The notes beneath the pieces are model-generated. The model did no database searches, had not been told where the DNA came from, and saw nothing but the letters and a program-made list of their open reading frames with translations. Below, in pieces: positions 29,380-38,169 of a stretch of DNA of 64,000 nt (its first letter is position 1; the number at the start of each line of letters is the position of its first letter). The DNA comes from an uncultured Gammaproteobacteria bacterium (lineage in GTDB: Bacteria; Patescibacteriota; Patescibacteriia; VMEV01; CAZAJQ01): the NCBI GenBank assembly GCA_964485795.1, contig CAZAJQ010000006.1, positions 9,716 to 73,715 of the forward strand, written 5' to 3'. The translations under genes were made by a program, and so were the position numbers.

Positions 29380-30624
29380 TTAGGGGTTCTCTTGGCGTAC
29401 CAAAAGTCCGGTGGCTTTGAGCGGCTCGGCCATAATCTCTTTGACAATGCGTTCCATTCTCATATTCGCCCCCCCCACAACCAGCACCAAATCACCCTTC
29501 TCCAGCCGATTTTGCAAGAATTTTGCCGCTTCGTCAACAAAGGCGAAGAAATATGCACGATCCTCGGGCATTCCCGCTTTCCTCGCTCCGCGCAAAACGT
29601 CGCGCGCTCGTTCGCCGATGCAAAGCAGATAACTCGTTTTTGAATCCACTATCATGGCGCCAATTTTGGCATGCAGGGATTCGGATTCAGCCCCAAGACC
29701 GGGAATATCTCCGATGACGACAAACTTTTCCCGAGGCAAATCGATATTCACTTCCGAGAACTGTTCGATGGCAAGCGCAACGCTGTCAAAACTCGCATCT
29801 TCGGAATCGTCAATGATCATGCTGTGCTTAATCCCCGCAAGGAGATGGAGATTCCCCGCCGGGATGACATAGCCATGAAGCGATTCCACGATCGTGAGAA
29901 GAGGAATCTTGTACATGATTCCCACGGCAGCCGCGATCAATGCCGCCATCACATGCGAGGTCCCAAACGCTCCCTCGATCGAAAGCGGGATTTTATTTCC
30001 GGCGTATTGGAGCTTACACATCATACCGACGATGGAGCTGAATTCATCATCGGGATTCATGGTTGTTTTGACATGAATATCCGATGCTCTCAGAATCGCT
30101 TTTTCATGCAAACCGATGCTTATGACAAACGCCTTGGTGAATTTTCGAAGCTGAAAACTGCCCTCGTCATCCGCACTCACTATCAAAGCCTCGTTCTTTC
30201 CCATTTTGGAAAGCAACGTCTGCACTTCGCTTTTTTGAGTTTCATAGGAAATGCGCGTTATGGCTACAACACGGGGGATTCCGAATTGCAGAAAAAATTC
30301 GGCGTCACCCATCATCGAACATTTCATATCGCAAACAATGGTTTTCGGATACTGCTCTTCGCGCGTCATGAGGAGTTTCAATGCGGTGAGTATGACGCTC
30401 ACATGCATTTTCTTTCCGATGTACGTTCGGTTGCAGAGAGAATACAAAAAAGCAATGCGATCATTGCCCGTCTTCGGGCAATGTTTGAATTTCGTGGCTT
30501 TTCCTATCACGGATTCAATGGCGTTAAAGGCCGTATCCGAACGATAATCCCCGACCACAAATATCATGGTCGAGTGATATTTCTGAGAAATTTTCTTTGC
30601 AAGAAAAACAAGTAATGAATACAT
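29380..30624 (-). CDS. Mur ligase family protein, MurF-like (UDP-MurNAc-pentapeptide synthetase homolog) with a degenerate P-loop
   Basis: C-terminal and central MurF hallmarks are present: IIDDSEDASFDS (IIDDSYNANPDS), AFGTSHVMAALIAAAVG and GDLVLVVGGANMRMERIV (GDvvLvKGSRgMkmE). The ATP-binding loop reads VVAITRISYETQKSE where MurF has VIGITGSNGKTTTKE, so the P-loop lysine is replaced by glutamate. Confidence 0.65.
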   Translation of the reverse strand: MYSLLVFLAKKISQKYHSTMIFVVGDYRSDTAFNAIESVIGKATKFKHCPKTGNDRIAFLYSLCNRTYIGKKMHVSVILTALKLLMTREEQYPKTIVCDMKCSMMGDAEFFLQFGIPRVVAITRISYETQKSEVQTLLSKMGKNEALIVSADDEGSFQLRKFTKAFVISIGLHEKAILRASDIHVKTTMNPDDEFSSIVGMMCKLQYAGNKIPLSIEGAFGTSHVMAALIAAAVGIMYKIPLLTIVESLHGYVIPAGNLHLLAGIKHSMIIDDSEDASFDSVALAIEQFSEVNIDLPREKFVVIGDIPGLGAESESLHAKIGAMIVDSKTSYLLCIGERARDVLRGARKAGMPEDRAYFFAFVDEAAKFLQNRLEKGDLVLVVGGANMRMERIVKEIMAEPLKATGLLVRQENP

Positions 30625-30637
30625 AAAAAGGGTTCAT

Positions 30638-30738
30638 CCCCACACCAAATCAGACGGACATTCGTAAGAATGAACAATATATAATTCTCACAAACAATAC
30701 TCATCAATCAAACCATATTGCACTGATTTGGTGTGGGG
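30638..30738 (+). repeat. MITE-like / structured repeat, family A, copy 2
   Basis: CCCCACACCAAATCAGAC...CACTGATTTGGTGTGGGG. It has the same orientation as copy 1, and the first 30 nt of the core are related (AGACGGACATTCGTAAGAATGAAC versus CAGACAGATTCGTAAATTCATG). It lies between the murF-like gene and ftsI. Confidence 0.55.
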
Positions 30739-30804
30739 ATAAATACATTATGGCAATAATAGTAAAGCGCGTCAAAAATATTGAGACAACAAAAAAACAC
30801 TCGC

Positions 30805-32550
30805 TCATGGCGAAATCTGAAAATACTGAAGCAAAAATAACGCGATTTCCCGAAAGAGGGGCGTTGCGGTAGATTCGGCAAATGCGCCGTTCTGCGGATT
30901 ATCCAGCTTGGTGATGATCACAAATGCCGGATCATCAACCGGAGCATATCCCACAAACGAGTGAATCGTACCTCCCCGATATTCCCCTCCCGACGCCACC
31001 TGAGCCGTGCCGGTTTTCCCTCCGATATCATAGCCGGCGATGGCCGCGTTTTTCCCGTACCCGTTGTTCACCGCAGCAACCAACATTCCCCCCATCAAGG
31101 TTGACGTTCTCGAAGAAATCACCTTGCGTATCACCTTGGGCTCGATTTTTTTCACGTTTCCGTCCGGATACCTCATTTCGTCCACAATATAAGGTTTCAT
31201 GAGAGTTCCACCATTGGCTATCGCTGAAAACGCGGTTACCATTTGCAGTGGAGTCACGGTGATTCCCTGCCCAAACGATGCCGTGGCTAGATAAACCGGG
31301 CTGTTTTTTTTGTCGAGACTTTTGAGATTTCCGGTTGCCTCATACAGAAGCTCGATTCCTGTGGATTCGCCAAAGCCGAAATTTTCCATGTACTTTTGAA
31401 AAGCGGTAAAACCCAGCTTTTGAGCAACAAAAATCGTTCCAGTATTCAATGACTTTTCCAATACTTGCGTCATGGTTTGAATACCATGGGACAGCTTATC
31501 TGAATTTTGAATATCATACACGTCAATGTGGACTTTTCCCTCGTCTTCATAGGTCGTATCCGGAGTGATGAGATCGGCATCCATGGCAGCGGCTAACGTC
31601 AACGGCTTAAAAATCGATCCCGGTTCATATTCGGAAAACGTCGAGGAATTGTTGTATATTCCCACGTCCGAAACATCCTGATACGAATTGGGATCGAAAT
31701 CCGGCATATTGCACATCGCCAGAATTCGTCCCGTTTTCGGCTCCATCACAATCACGGATCCGGATCGAGCCGCATATGTTTCAAGGGCTTTTTTCAGCTT
31801 TTCGCAAGCCACGAATTGAATGCTTTTATCAAGCGTCAAAACAATATCCACCCCGTCTTTCGCAGGTATAAATTTTTTTTCGGTGAGGGCGATCCATCTC
31901 CCTGCCACGTCTTTTTCCGCAAACAGCTCCCCGGGAGTTCCCGATAATTCAGAGTCAAAATAGCCTTCAATGCCGTAAAATCCTTTTCTCGCATCACCCT
32001 CAAATCCGACAAAGCCCAAAACATGGCTTGCAAGATTTCCATGAACCGAATATCTCCAGTTCTCTTTTTTAAAATATATGCCGTCCATATCCATCTCCTG
32101 AATTCTTCTCACCTGCTCTTCGGAGAGCTTTCTTGCGAGCGGCTCATAGGGATCGTCTTTTTTTGAGAGTATCGGCATAAGCTCCTCTTCTGTCTTGGAA
32201 ATGATTTCCGAAAGCCCCTTCGCGGCAAACGCCGGATCTTTGATGTATTTTGGCGCGGCATATACCATGTCCAAATCCTGATTGGTGACAAGCGGCGTCA
32301 ATTCTCCGCTTTGCGAACGCAAAAAAATTTCCCCTCGTTTGGGGAACAATGTTTTGTAAATCTCATGTTCATGGGAGGCGAGTACGGAGTAGAAACCAAA
32401 ATCCAAAATCTGAATTTTTACGAGTTTTAAAATCACCAAAACATAAAAAAAAATGATCGCCAAGAATAGCATCAACAGACGATCATGCGACCATCTTGAC
32501 CAGATTCCGGACTTCTTGTTTTCATTTGACGGTTGCTGCTTCCAGACCAC
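30805..32550 (-). CDS. ftsI: penicillin-binding protein 2 / FtsI-type D,D-transpeptidase
   Basis: N-terminal TM anchor, PBP dimerisation domain, and the transpeptidase motifs SIFKP (SxxK), SLN and KTGTA. Confidence 0.9.
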   Translation of the reverse strand: MVWKQQPSNENKKSGIWSRWSHDRLLMLFLAIIFFYVLVILKLVKIQILDFGFYSVLASHEHEIYKTLFPKRGEIFLRSQSGELTPLVTNQDLDMVYAAPKYIKDPAFAAKGLSEIISKTEEELMPILSKKDDPYEPLARKLSEEQVRRIQEMDMDGIYFKKENWRYSVHGNLASHVLGFVGFEGDARKGFYGIEGYFDSELSGTPGELFAEKDVAGRWIALTEKKFIPAKDGVDIVLTLDKSIQFVACEKLKKALETYAARSGSVIVMEPKTGRILAMCNMPDFDPNSYQDVSDVGIYNNSSTFSEYEPGSIFKPLTLAAAMDADLITPDTTYEDEGKVHIDVYDIQNSDKLSHGIQTMTQVLEKSLNTGTIFVAQKLGFTAFQKYMENFGFGESTGIELLYEATGNLKSLDKKNSPVYLATASFGQGITVTPLQMVTAFSAIANGGTLMKPYIVDEMRYPDGNVKKIEPKVIRKVISSRTSTLMGGMLVAAVNNGYGKNAAIAGYDIGGKTGTAQVASGGEYRGGTIHSFVGYAPVDDPAFVIITKLDNPQNGAFAESTATPLFREIALFLLQYFQISP

Positions 32551-32558
32551 ATCAATTA

Positions 32559-32664
32559 CCCCTCACACCAAATCAGACGATCATTGATTTGATTATCGAA
32601 TATTATTCTCGCCACTGAATATTGTAAATCTTGCAAATCTGGCTGTCTGATTTGGTGTGAGGGG
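32559..32664 (-). repeat. MITE-like / structured repeat, family A, copy 3 (inverted relative to copies 1 and 2; both terminal repeats carry the same TC insertion, CCCCTCACACCAAATCAGAC)
   Basis: CCCCTCACACCAAATCAGAC at 32559-32578 and GTCTGATTTGGTGTGAGGGG at 32645-32664. The reverse complement of the core begins CAGACAGCCAGATTTGCAAG, which resembles the start of the copy 1 core. Confidence 0.5.
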
Positions 32665-32667
32665 GGA

Positions 32668-33006
32668 TTATTTGCTTGCAAATTTCGTATCGCGCAGCTC
32701 AAGATACTGAACATTTTTTTGTGATTGAAAATTTTTTCCGACAATACTCTTTTGGATTCGAGATATTGATTGGAGTTTGGCCGCTACGATTTTTAAGCTG
32801 GATTTTTGTTCTTCAAGTCCCTTGACCTGTTGCTCGAGATCGCGGATGACATACCCCTTGGTGGCCGTATCATTGACTTGCAAGAGATACAGAAACGTAA
32901 AAACGATCGTAACGGCGACGGTAATGATGCGATATCGCTCCCCTATCCGGAGATACGACGGCTTGACCGTCTCTTGCAAACGACCAGACTTTGAAAAATC
33001 ATGCAT
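32668..33006 (-). CDS. FtsL-like cell-division protein (single TM plus coiled coil)
   Basis: 112 aa with a TM helix (IITVAVTIVFTFLYLL) followed by a heptad-rich segment. It sits between rsmH and ftsI, as ftsL does in dcw clusters. Confidence 0.5.
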   Translation of the reverse strand: MHDFSKSGRLQETVKPSYLRIGERYRIITVAVTIVFTFLYLLQVNDTATKGYVIRDLEQQVKGLEEQKSSLKIVAAKLQSISRIQKSIVGKNFQSQKNVQYLELRDTKFASK

Positions 33007-33038
33007 ACCTTTTTTTTATTTCTGTATTTTTTGAATGA

Positions 33039-34058
33039 TTATATTTTTTCGGAGATGCGAAGTTTTGCACTTCGAGATCGCGGATTTTTTTGAACTTCCG
33101 ACTCGGACGCGGTAATGACTTTTTTATTCACCCTTCGCATGATGGGGACATTTCCGCAAGTGCATCGCGGAAAATCCGGAGGACAAATGCAGCCTTTCTC
33201 GTACTTTTTGAGCATCTCTTTGACCATCCTGTCTTCCAAAGAGTGAAATGAAATGATCGCCGCCCTTCCTCCTCGTTTCAGAATTTTCGGGAAATCCGTG
33301 AGGAATCGTTTCAGATGATCCAATTCATGATTCACATGTATACGGAACGCCTGAAACGTTTTTGTCGCCGGATGAATATGCTTCGATTGGAATTTCTTCG
33401 GTATGGCTTTGAAAACGATTTCCACAAGATCCATGGTGTTTCCGATCGCTTTTCGGGAACGATGAGCGACAATTTCATGCGCTATTGTTTTGCTGAATCG
33501 TTCTTCGCCGAAAGTCCGGATGATTTTTTCCAGCTCTTCTTCGGAAGAAGTATTGAGTACATCGGCAGCGCTTTCCGAATCGCCTTTGCGGTTGTATCGC
33601 ATATCGAGCTTCCCCGCCTTCCGAAATGAGAATCCTCGAGTATGGTCGTCCACATGCAAAGACGAAAACCCCAAGTCAAGAACCATCCCGTCCACTTCGG
33701 AAAAACCACATTGCGATGCCACTTGCTCGATATCGGCGTAATCGGCATTGAAAAATACGATGCGTTCTCCGAATTGCTCGACAAACTTCTTTTGTGAAAA
33801 ATTCAAAACTTCGGAGTCAATTTCGATGGCAAGAACTTTTCCGCTCGGCTTGCTTCTTTCCAAAATGGCTGTCGTGTGCCCGCCAAATCCGAAGGTCGCG
33901 TCGATATAGAGTCCACCATCACGGGGGTGTAAAGCATCCAGCACTTCTGAAAGCAACACGGGATTATGCATACGACTTTGATCTCTTTCCAAATCATTAA
34001 CATTCCTCAGCTTTGTATTTTTTTTGTTTCTTCGGAAAAAGAAGATAGTCGTCCTCAC
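33039..34058 (-). CDS. rsmH: 16S rRNA (cytosine1402-N4)-methyltransferase RsmH (MraW)
   Basis: HNPVLLSEVLDAL...YIDATFGFGGHT...FHSLEDRMVK are RsmH motifs. The start is likely the internal Met at 33971. Confidence 0.9.
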   Translation of the reverse strand: MRTTIFFFRRNKKNTKLRNVNDLERDQSRMHNPVLLSEVLDALHPRDGGLYIDATFGFGGHTTAILERSKPSGKVLAIEIDSEVLNFSQKKFVEQFGERIVFFNADYADIEQVASQCGFSEVDGMVLDLGFSSLHVDDHTRGFSFRKAGKLDMRYNRKGDSESAADVLNTSSEEELEKIIRTFGEERFSKTIAHEIVAHRSRKAIGNTMDLVEIVFKAIPKKFQSKHIHPATKTFQAFRIHVNHELDHLKRFLTDFPKILKRGGRAAIISFHSLEDRMVKEMLKKYEKGCICPPDFPRCTCGNVPIMRRVNKKVITASESEVQKNPRSRSAKLRISEKI

Positions 34059-34486
34059 ACTCCCAACTCCCCCAATTGTTCGGCGATTTCATTGCTTTCT
34101 TTTTCGGTCTTCTGTTTGTATTCTTCCCAACGACGGAAATCCCAAAGTTCGAGCCTATTGTAAAGTCCGGCAATGATGATTTTTTTATCAAACATCCCAA
34201 AATGTCTCAGGTATTCCGGTATGATAATCCTTCCCTGCGCATCGAGCTCCACATCAAAAGCTCCTGCAAGCATCAAACGCGAAAACGCTCGCGTATTCCC
34301 TCGGTTCAATGGCAAGGCCATCAATTTTTGAGCGAGCTTTTCCCATTCTTCCTTGGTATAGAGAAAAAGGCATCCGTCCAGTCCCTTCGTCAACACGGCA
34401 CCCAAGGCAAGATCATCCCGAAATTTCACAGGAAGAGAAATTCTTCCCTTGGTGTCCAAGGAATGCTGATATTCACCGATAAACAT
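34055..34486 (-). CDS. mraZ: transcriptional regulator MraZ
   Basis: Duplicated MraZ/SpoVT-AbrB halves are present (MFIGEYQHSLDTKGRISLPVKFRDDL and a second DAQGRIIIP repeat). The track ORF begins with GTG at 34507 inside the MraZ boxes, so the ATG at 34486 is the likely start. Confidence 0.85.
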   Translation of the reverse strand: MFIGEYQHSLDTKGRISLPVKFRDDLALGAVLTKGLDGCLFLYTKEEWEKLAQKLMALPLNRGNTRAFSRLMLAGAFDVELDAQGRIIIPEYLRHFGMFDKKIIIAGLYNRLELWDFRRWEEYKQKTEKESNEIAEQLGELGV

Positions 34487-34502
34487 AGTTTGCGGCTTGA
34501 TC

Positions 34503-34527
34503 TCCACTCACTCCCACTTCCACCCAC
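34503..34527 (-). promoter_or_regulatory. MraZ-box-like operator: three GTGGG-type direct repeats at 10-bp periodicity
   Basis: Minus strand reads GTGGG-TGGAA-GTGGG-AGTGA-GTGGA. It lies between the candidate promoter and the mraZ start, as in the characterised mraZ autoregulatory sites. Confidence 0.5.
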
Positions 34528-34535
34528 TTAACTAC

Positions 34536-34564
34536 ATTTTATACCACCTCGTTCCAACCGTCAA
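34536..34564 (-). promoter_or_regulatory. candidate promoter for the mraZ-rsmH-ftsL-ftsI operon (TTGACG-17-TAAAAT)
   Basis: -35 TTGACG is the complement of 34559-34564. A -10 TATAAAAT-like box is the complement of 34536-34543. Confidence 0.4.
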
Positions 34565-34656
34565 ACGTACCATCAACAATAAAAAAAATCCCCTGGAAAC
34601 AGGAGATTTATCAAGGAAAATGCATCCATGTTCATCCTGCAATATCGGTAAAAATG

Positions 34657-35040
34657 TTACTTTTCCCCATACCATGCCTGAGCCGAGGAAAACTTTGATC
34701 CAAATCCAAGAAGGTCGGAAAATTTTCGGTGAGCAATAGCGTCCAAAAATACATTTTTCGGAACCGAAAAAGATTTTTTCTTTCTCACAAAAGCCATTAA
34801 GTTTGCCATCAAAACGCAAAAACGAATATTGCTGTAACTTTCTTTGCCTATCAATGCACCGTACGTTGCAAAGTCTTCAACCGATACGCCGCATTGCTTG
34901 CTGAAATCATCAAACGACGAAAAAAATTCTTCCATGCTGTTTTTCTCTCGTTTTATAAAGCTGCCGGAGCTGCTTATTCCGGCCGAATCAAATGCAAAAA
35001 AATCAACGGACTCCGAATGAATCTCAAAAAAAACATGCAT
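34657..35040 (-). CDS. hypothetical protein
   Basis: 127-aa ORF 4 nt downstream of the regulator gene on the same strand. No recognisable domain. Confidence 0.35.
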   Translation of the reverse strand: MHVFFEIHSESVDFFAFDSAGISSSGSFIKREKNSMEEFFSSFDDFSKQCGVSVEDFATYGALIGKESYSNIRFCVLMANLMAFVRKKKSFSVPKNVFLDAIAHRKFSDLLGFGSKFSSAQAWYGEK

Positions 35041-35043
35041 ACT

Positions 35044-35637
35044 CTATGCTTCATTTCGCTTATCAAGGAGCACCATCTGCCGGCTCGAAAGAAAATCATG
35101 AATAAAACGATCCGAAACTTCCTTTCGATATTGATATTCATCCGGATCCATGATGGTATAGCGAATTTCCACATCAAGCTTTTTTTCCATGTTAGCCACA
35201 ATTTGAGAAAATGCTTCTTTATCCACCTTGCCGATGCAGAGGATATCCGTAGACGCCGGGGTTTTCACAAATATCCCGGAAACCGCCAAATAGAGAATAT
35301 CTCCGACAGACTTGAGTTCGTCATAAAAATGCTTTTCATCCAAAAGTTTTGATTTTGAAATCAAATCCTTGAATTCATGAAACAAAAGAAACGAGGGATC
35401 CGCGCAATAGTATTTTTTTTCCTTGACTCCCGCTGAATCTTTTTGAACTTTTTTTTGATTTTCTACCACGCAAATCATCCCCAACGATTCCAATTTCTGT
35501 AGCTCTCGTCGAATGGCGTTGATTTGGGAATCGGTCAAACGCGTCAACTCACGAATGAAAAAAGGTGTGTCGGGATTTTCAAAAAAAATTTTCAAGAGCT
35601 CAAATCGCGTCTTGGATCCAAAGAGTTGTTCGAACAT
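35044..35637 (-). CDS. putative winged-helix transcriptional regulator with a possible degenerate nucleotidyltransferase-like C-terminal region
   Basis: The N-terminus ELLKIFFENPDTPFFIRELTRLTDSQINAIRRELQKLESLGMI resembles an ArsR/wHTH domain. The C-terminal segment LAVSGIFVKTPASTDILCIG loosely resembles the minimal nucleotidyltransferase motif GS-x9-DIDL. Confidence 0.45.
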   Translation of the reverse strand: MFEQLFGSKTRFELLKIFFENPDTPFFIRELTRLTDSQINAIRRELQKLESLGMICVVENQKKVQKDSAGVKEKKYYCADPSFLLFHEFKDLISKSKLLDEKHFYDELKSVGDILYLAVSGIFVKTPASTDILCIGKVDKEAFSQIVANMEKKLDVEIRYTIMDPDEYQYRKEVSDRFIHDFLSSRQMVLLDKRNEA

Positions 35638-35661
35638 AGGCCAAAAAAATTACCACCCGCA

Positions 35662-35689
35662 TTTACTCATTTATCAGATAGAGTATAAT
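35662..35689 (+). promoter_or_regulatory. candidate promoter TTTACT-16-TATAAT for the 758-aa gene
   Basis: -35 at 35662-35667 and -10 TATAAT at 35684-35689. It lies in the divergent intergenic region. Confidence 0.4.
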
Positions 35690-35751
35690 ATCTTTCAGGG
35701 GGGCTGTAAAGCTTATTTTTTCGCTTTTTCCTTCATTTTAGGGCTTTTTTT

Positions 35752-38028
35752 ATGCTTCATCTCTTCTCAAAAGAACTTCTCGTTCAAACTCGATCCAATG
35801 ATTTTTCCGATCAACAGATACGATGTTTTTCGTTTTCGCTGAAAGATGATCAGCTCCCTTTTTTGGGAACCATTCTGGCCGTGGGAATGACCAGAAAGGT
35901 CTCAAAATCCGATTTTGAACGCATCAAAAAATCCATCCTCAAGATGGAGCAATATTTCTTTCGGGAAGGTGATATTTCGCCTGATCCGGCATCAATATCC
36001 TTGCATTTTGAAAATGCTCTGCAAAGAGTGAATGACGACCTCTATGAAATCATTTCGGACGCTTCAAAAAACATCACTCCGGAGTCATTGGATCTTTTCA
36101 TCGGACTGGTGGTCAAACGGGATGATAACAAGGAATATGATATCCATATTTCAAATTTTGGCGCTCTCTCGGCCTATCTGGTCCATAAAACCCAACTTTC
36201 AGCCTATAAAGTCATTCCCATTCAGGATCTTTCACCTGACGTTTCTCCCAAAACAGCGTCAGCGAAAATTTTTTCAAACCTCATCAGCGGAACCATTCTT
36301 CCCGATGATGCGATTTTCATTCTCCATCCGGACATGCTGCAATACTTGAGTCTCGATCAAATCAAGGAATACCTTACGCTTCACCGCTGGGAAAAAGGAC
36401 TCAAAAGCATTTTCCACTCCTTGAACGCGCTCAATGGGAAAATCCCTTGGGTTTTCGCTTTTTTATGCCCTCCCATTCTGTCAAAAGAAACCCTTTCGCG
36501 AGGTACTTTGGGATCAAAATCCCAGCAATCCATGGATGCCCTGCAATATACCGAACATTCCACGGAAAGATTGCTCGCTCCCACGACCAGTCTCAATTTC
36601 AAAGTGGGATTACAGCGACTGGGTCTTTGGTTTTCGGAAGGCTGGCTTAAAAATTTTTTTGCGCGCGGATGGTTTGCGCAAATCCGAAACAATTCTCTCC
36701 GTTCCCTCAATAACGCAAGCAAGAAAAGCCAAACCATGTATCAGACACTCTATAAGGCTCAGGGCAATCAAGCGCCTACAAAGCCGCTTTTGTCGGATAT
36801 GAAAAGATCATCGCGATTTTTTCAAAAAGCTTCACTTGGTCAAAAAATCAAAAGCTCCTTGAATATACTTCCGCTCACCATTCTCGGAACAAGGAACACC
36901 ATAACGAGGCTTTCAAGCCTCTCAAAATACCTTCTCTTGGGAAGCACCATCCTTTTTGCTCTCTTTCTCACCAACGTTTTTTGGACGAAAAAAGAGCAAA
37001 CCGCCGAACTCACCCAATCCAAAACCCAGACTATTCTTGCAGAAGCCAAGGATCTATTGGACAAAGCAGAAGCGGCCAATATTTTCAAAAACAATGAAAG
37101 AACCCGTTCGCTGCTGAAACAGGCGCAAGAAAAATTCGCAAGCGTTGCTTCAAACAATCCAGAATCGTCTCCCATCGAGGAAGAAGCGCTCATCAAATCA
37201 AGGATCGAGCGTCTCGAAGAAAAATTAGCGAAGAAAACACCCCTCACGCTCACTCCGATATATCAGCTTGATGCGAACGATTCCAAGCGAATCGCCGTCG
37301 CGGAAAAAATCGAAACGTCACTTTCAATCGTCTTTAACGACGGGAGCATGGATATTTTGGAAACGGATACGAACACCAAAAAATCGGTGGCAACCGAAAT
37401 TTTTGCGTCTCCGGGAATATCAGCCGTGGATGATCAAAAAAACCTCATATTTGTCGATGGCGCATCGCATACGCTCAAAAAACTCGACGATGAATCCGAC
37501 GTGATATCCATTCCCAGCGATCGTATCGACTTTCAAATCATCGCTTTGGAAAATTACGAACGTAATCTTTACTTTTTTGACTCGGAGGAAAAAAAACTTT
37601 TCAAACAGCAGCGATTGGATAAAGGCTACACCCGGGAATCAGGCTGGATTTCGGATGAGAAGATCGTGACCGAAGACATCGCTGACATTGCGGTGGATGG
37701 CTTTGTCTACCTCCTTCATTCAAACGGCAATGTGGAAAGATTGCTGAAAGGAAAAATTTCGACTCCTCCGTTTTCGCTCGAAGCCGTCAATCCCCCGCTT
37801 CAATCCGGATACCGCATCGAAACAACGATTGATTCGGATACGATCGCCATCCTCGATCGTGCTTTCGGAAGAATCGTCATCTTCGACAAACAAGGAAAAC
37901 TCATGATTCAGCTCCTGTCCGAAAGTCTCAAAACGGCTTTGGATTTTTTCATGGATGATCAAAAAAATAAACTCTATATTTTTTCCGAAAAAGAAATTTT
38001 TACGGCCGATATGGTGCTTATTTCATAA
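35752..38028 (+). CDS. large membrane-anchored protein: cytoplasmic N-terminal domain, single TM helix, then an extracellular coiled coil and beta-propeller-like repeats
   Basis: 758 aa. A TM helix is predicted at about residue 395 (LLLGSTILFALFLTNVFW). The N-terminal segment LFIGLVVKRDDNKEYDIHISNFGALSAYLV and the later DDAIFILHPDM resemble PP2C/SpoIIE-fold strands, but the metal-binding Asp residues are not conserved (NFGALS in place of NVGDSR). The C-terminal 300 aa contain repeated hydrophobic-DG/DK blade-like units. Confidence 0.55.
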   Translation: MLHLFSKELLVQTRSNDFSDQQIRCFSFSLKDDQLPFLGTILAVGMTRKVSKSDFERIKKSILKMEQYFFREGDISPDPASISLHFENALQRVNDDLYEIISDASKNITPESLDLFIGLVVKRDDNKEYDIHISNFGALSAYLVHKTQLSAYKVIPIQDLSPDVSPKTASAKIFSNLISGTILPDDAIFILHPDMLQYLSLDQIKEYLTLHRWEKGLKSIFHSLNALNGKIPWVFAFLCPPILSKETLSRGTLGSKSQQSMDALQYTEHSTERLLAPTTSLNFKVGLQRLGLWFSEGWLKNFFARGWFAQIRNNSLRSLNNASKKSQTMYQTLYKAQGNQAPTKPLLSDMKRSSRFFQKASLGQKIKSSLNILPLTILGTRNTITRLSSLSKYLLLGSTILFALFLTNVFWTKKEQTAELTQSKTQTILAEAKDLLDKAEAANIFKNNERTRSLLKQAQEKFASVASNNPESSPIEEEALIKSRIERLEEKLAKKTPLTLTPIYQLDANDSKRIAVAEKIETSLSIVFNDGSMDILETDTNTKKSVATEIFASPGISAVDDQKNLIFVDGASHTLKKLDDESDVISIPSDRIDFQIIALENYERNLYFFDSEEKKLFKQQRLDKGYTRESGWISDEKIVTEDIADIAVDGFVYLLHSNGNVERLLKGKISTPPFSLEAVNPPLQSGYRIETTIDSDTIAILDRAFGRIVIFDKQGKLMIQLLSESLKTALDFFMDDQKNKLYIFSEKEIFTADMVLIS

Positions 38029-38169
38029 CCCTCAGGTGATCGCGCAACTTTTTGATGATTTCCAGCGTCGTATCCCAGCAGTTCACATCGATCTTACAGA
38101 AAAAACATACCGTTTTTGCGGTATGTTTTCCTGCAGAAAATTCTTAAAATCGGTGAAACCGATCAATGA

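Noticed and set aside
29671-30615. 314-aa plus-strand ORF
   Set aside because: It is antisense to the MurF-like gene. No motifs are present, and the minus-strand gene has clear Mur ligase homology.
32556-32744. 62-aa ORF overlapping family-A repeat copy 3
   Set aside because: It is produced by reading through the inverted-repeat element. It has no independent support.
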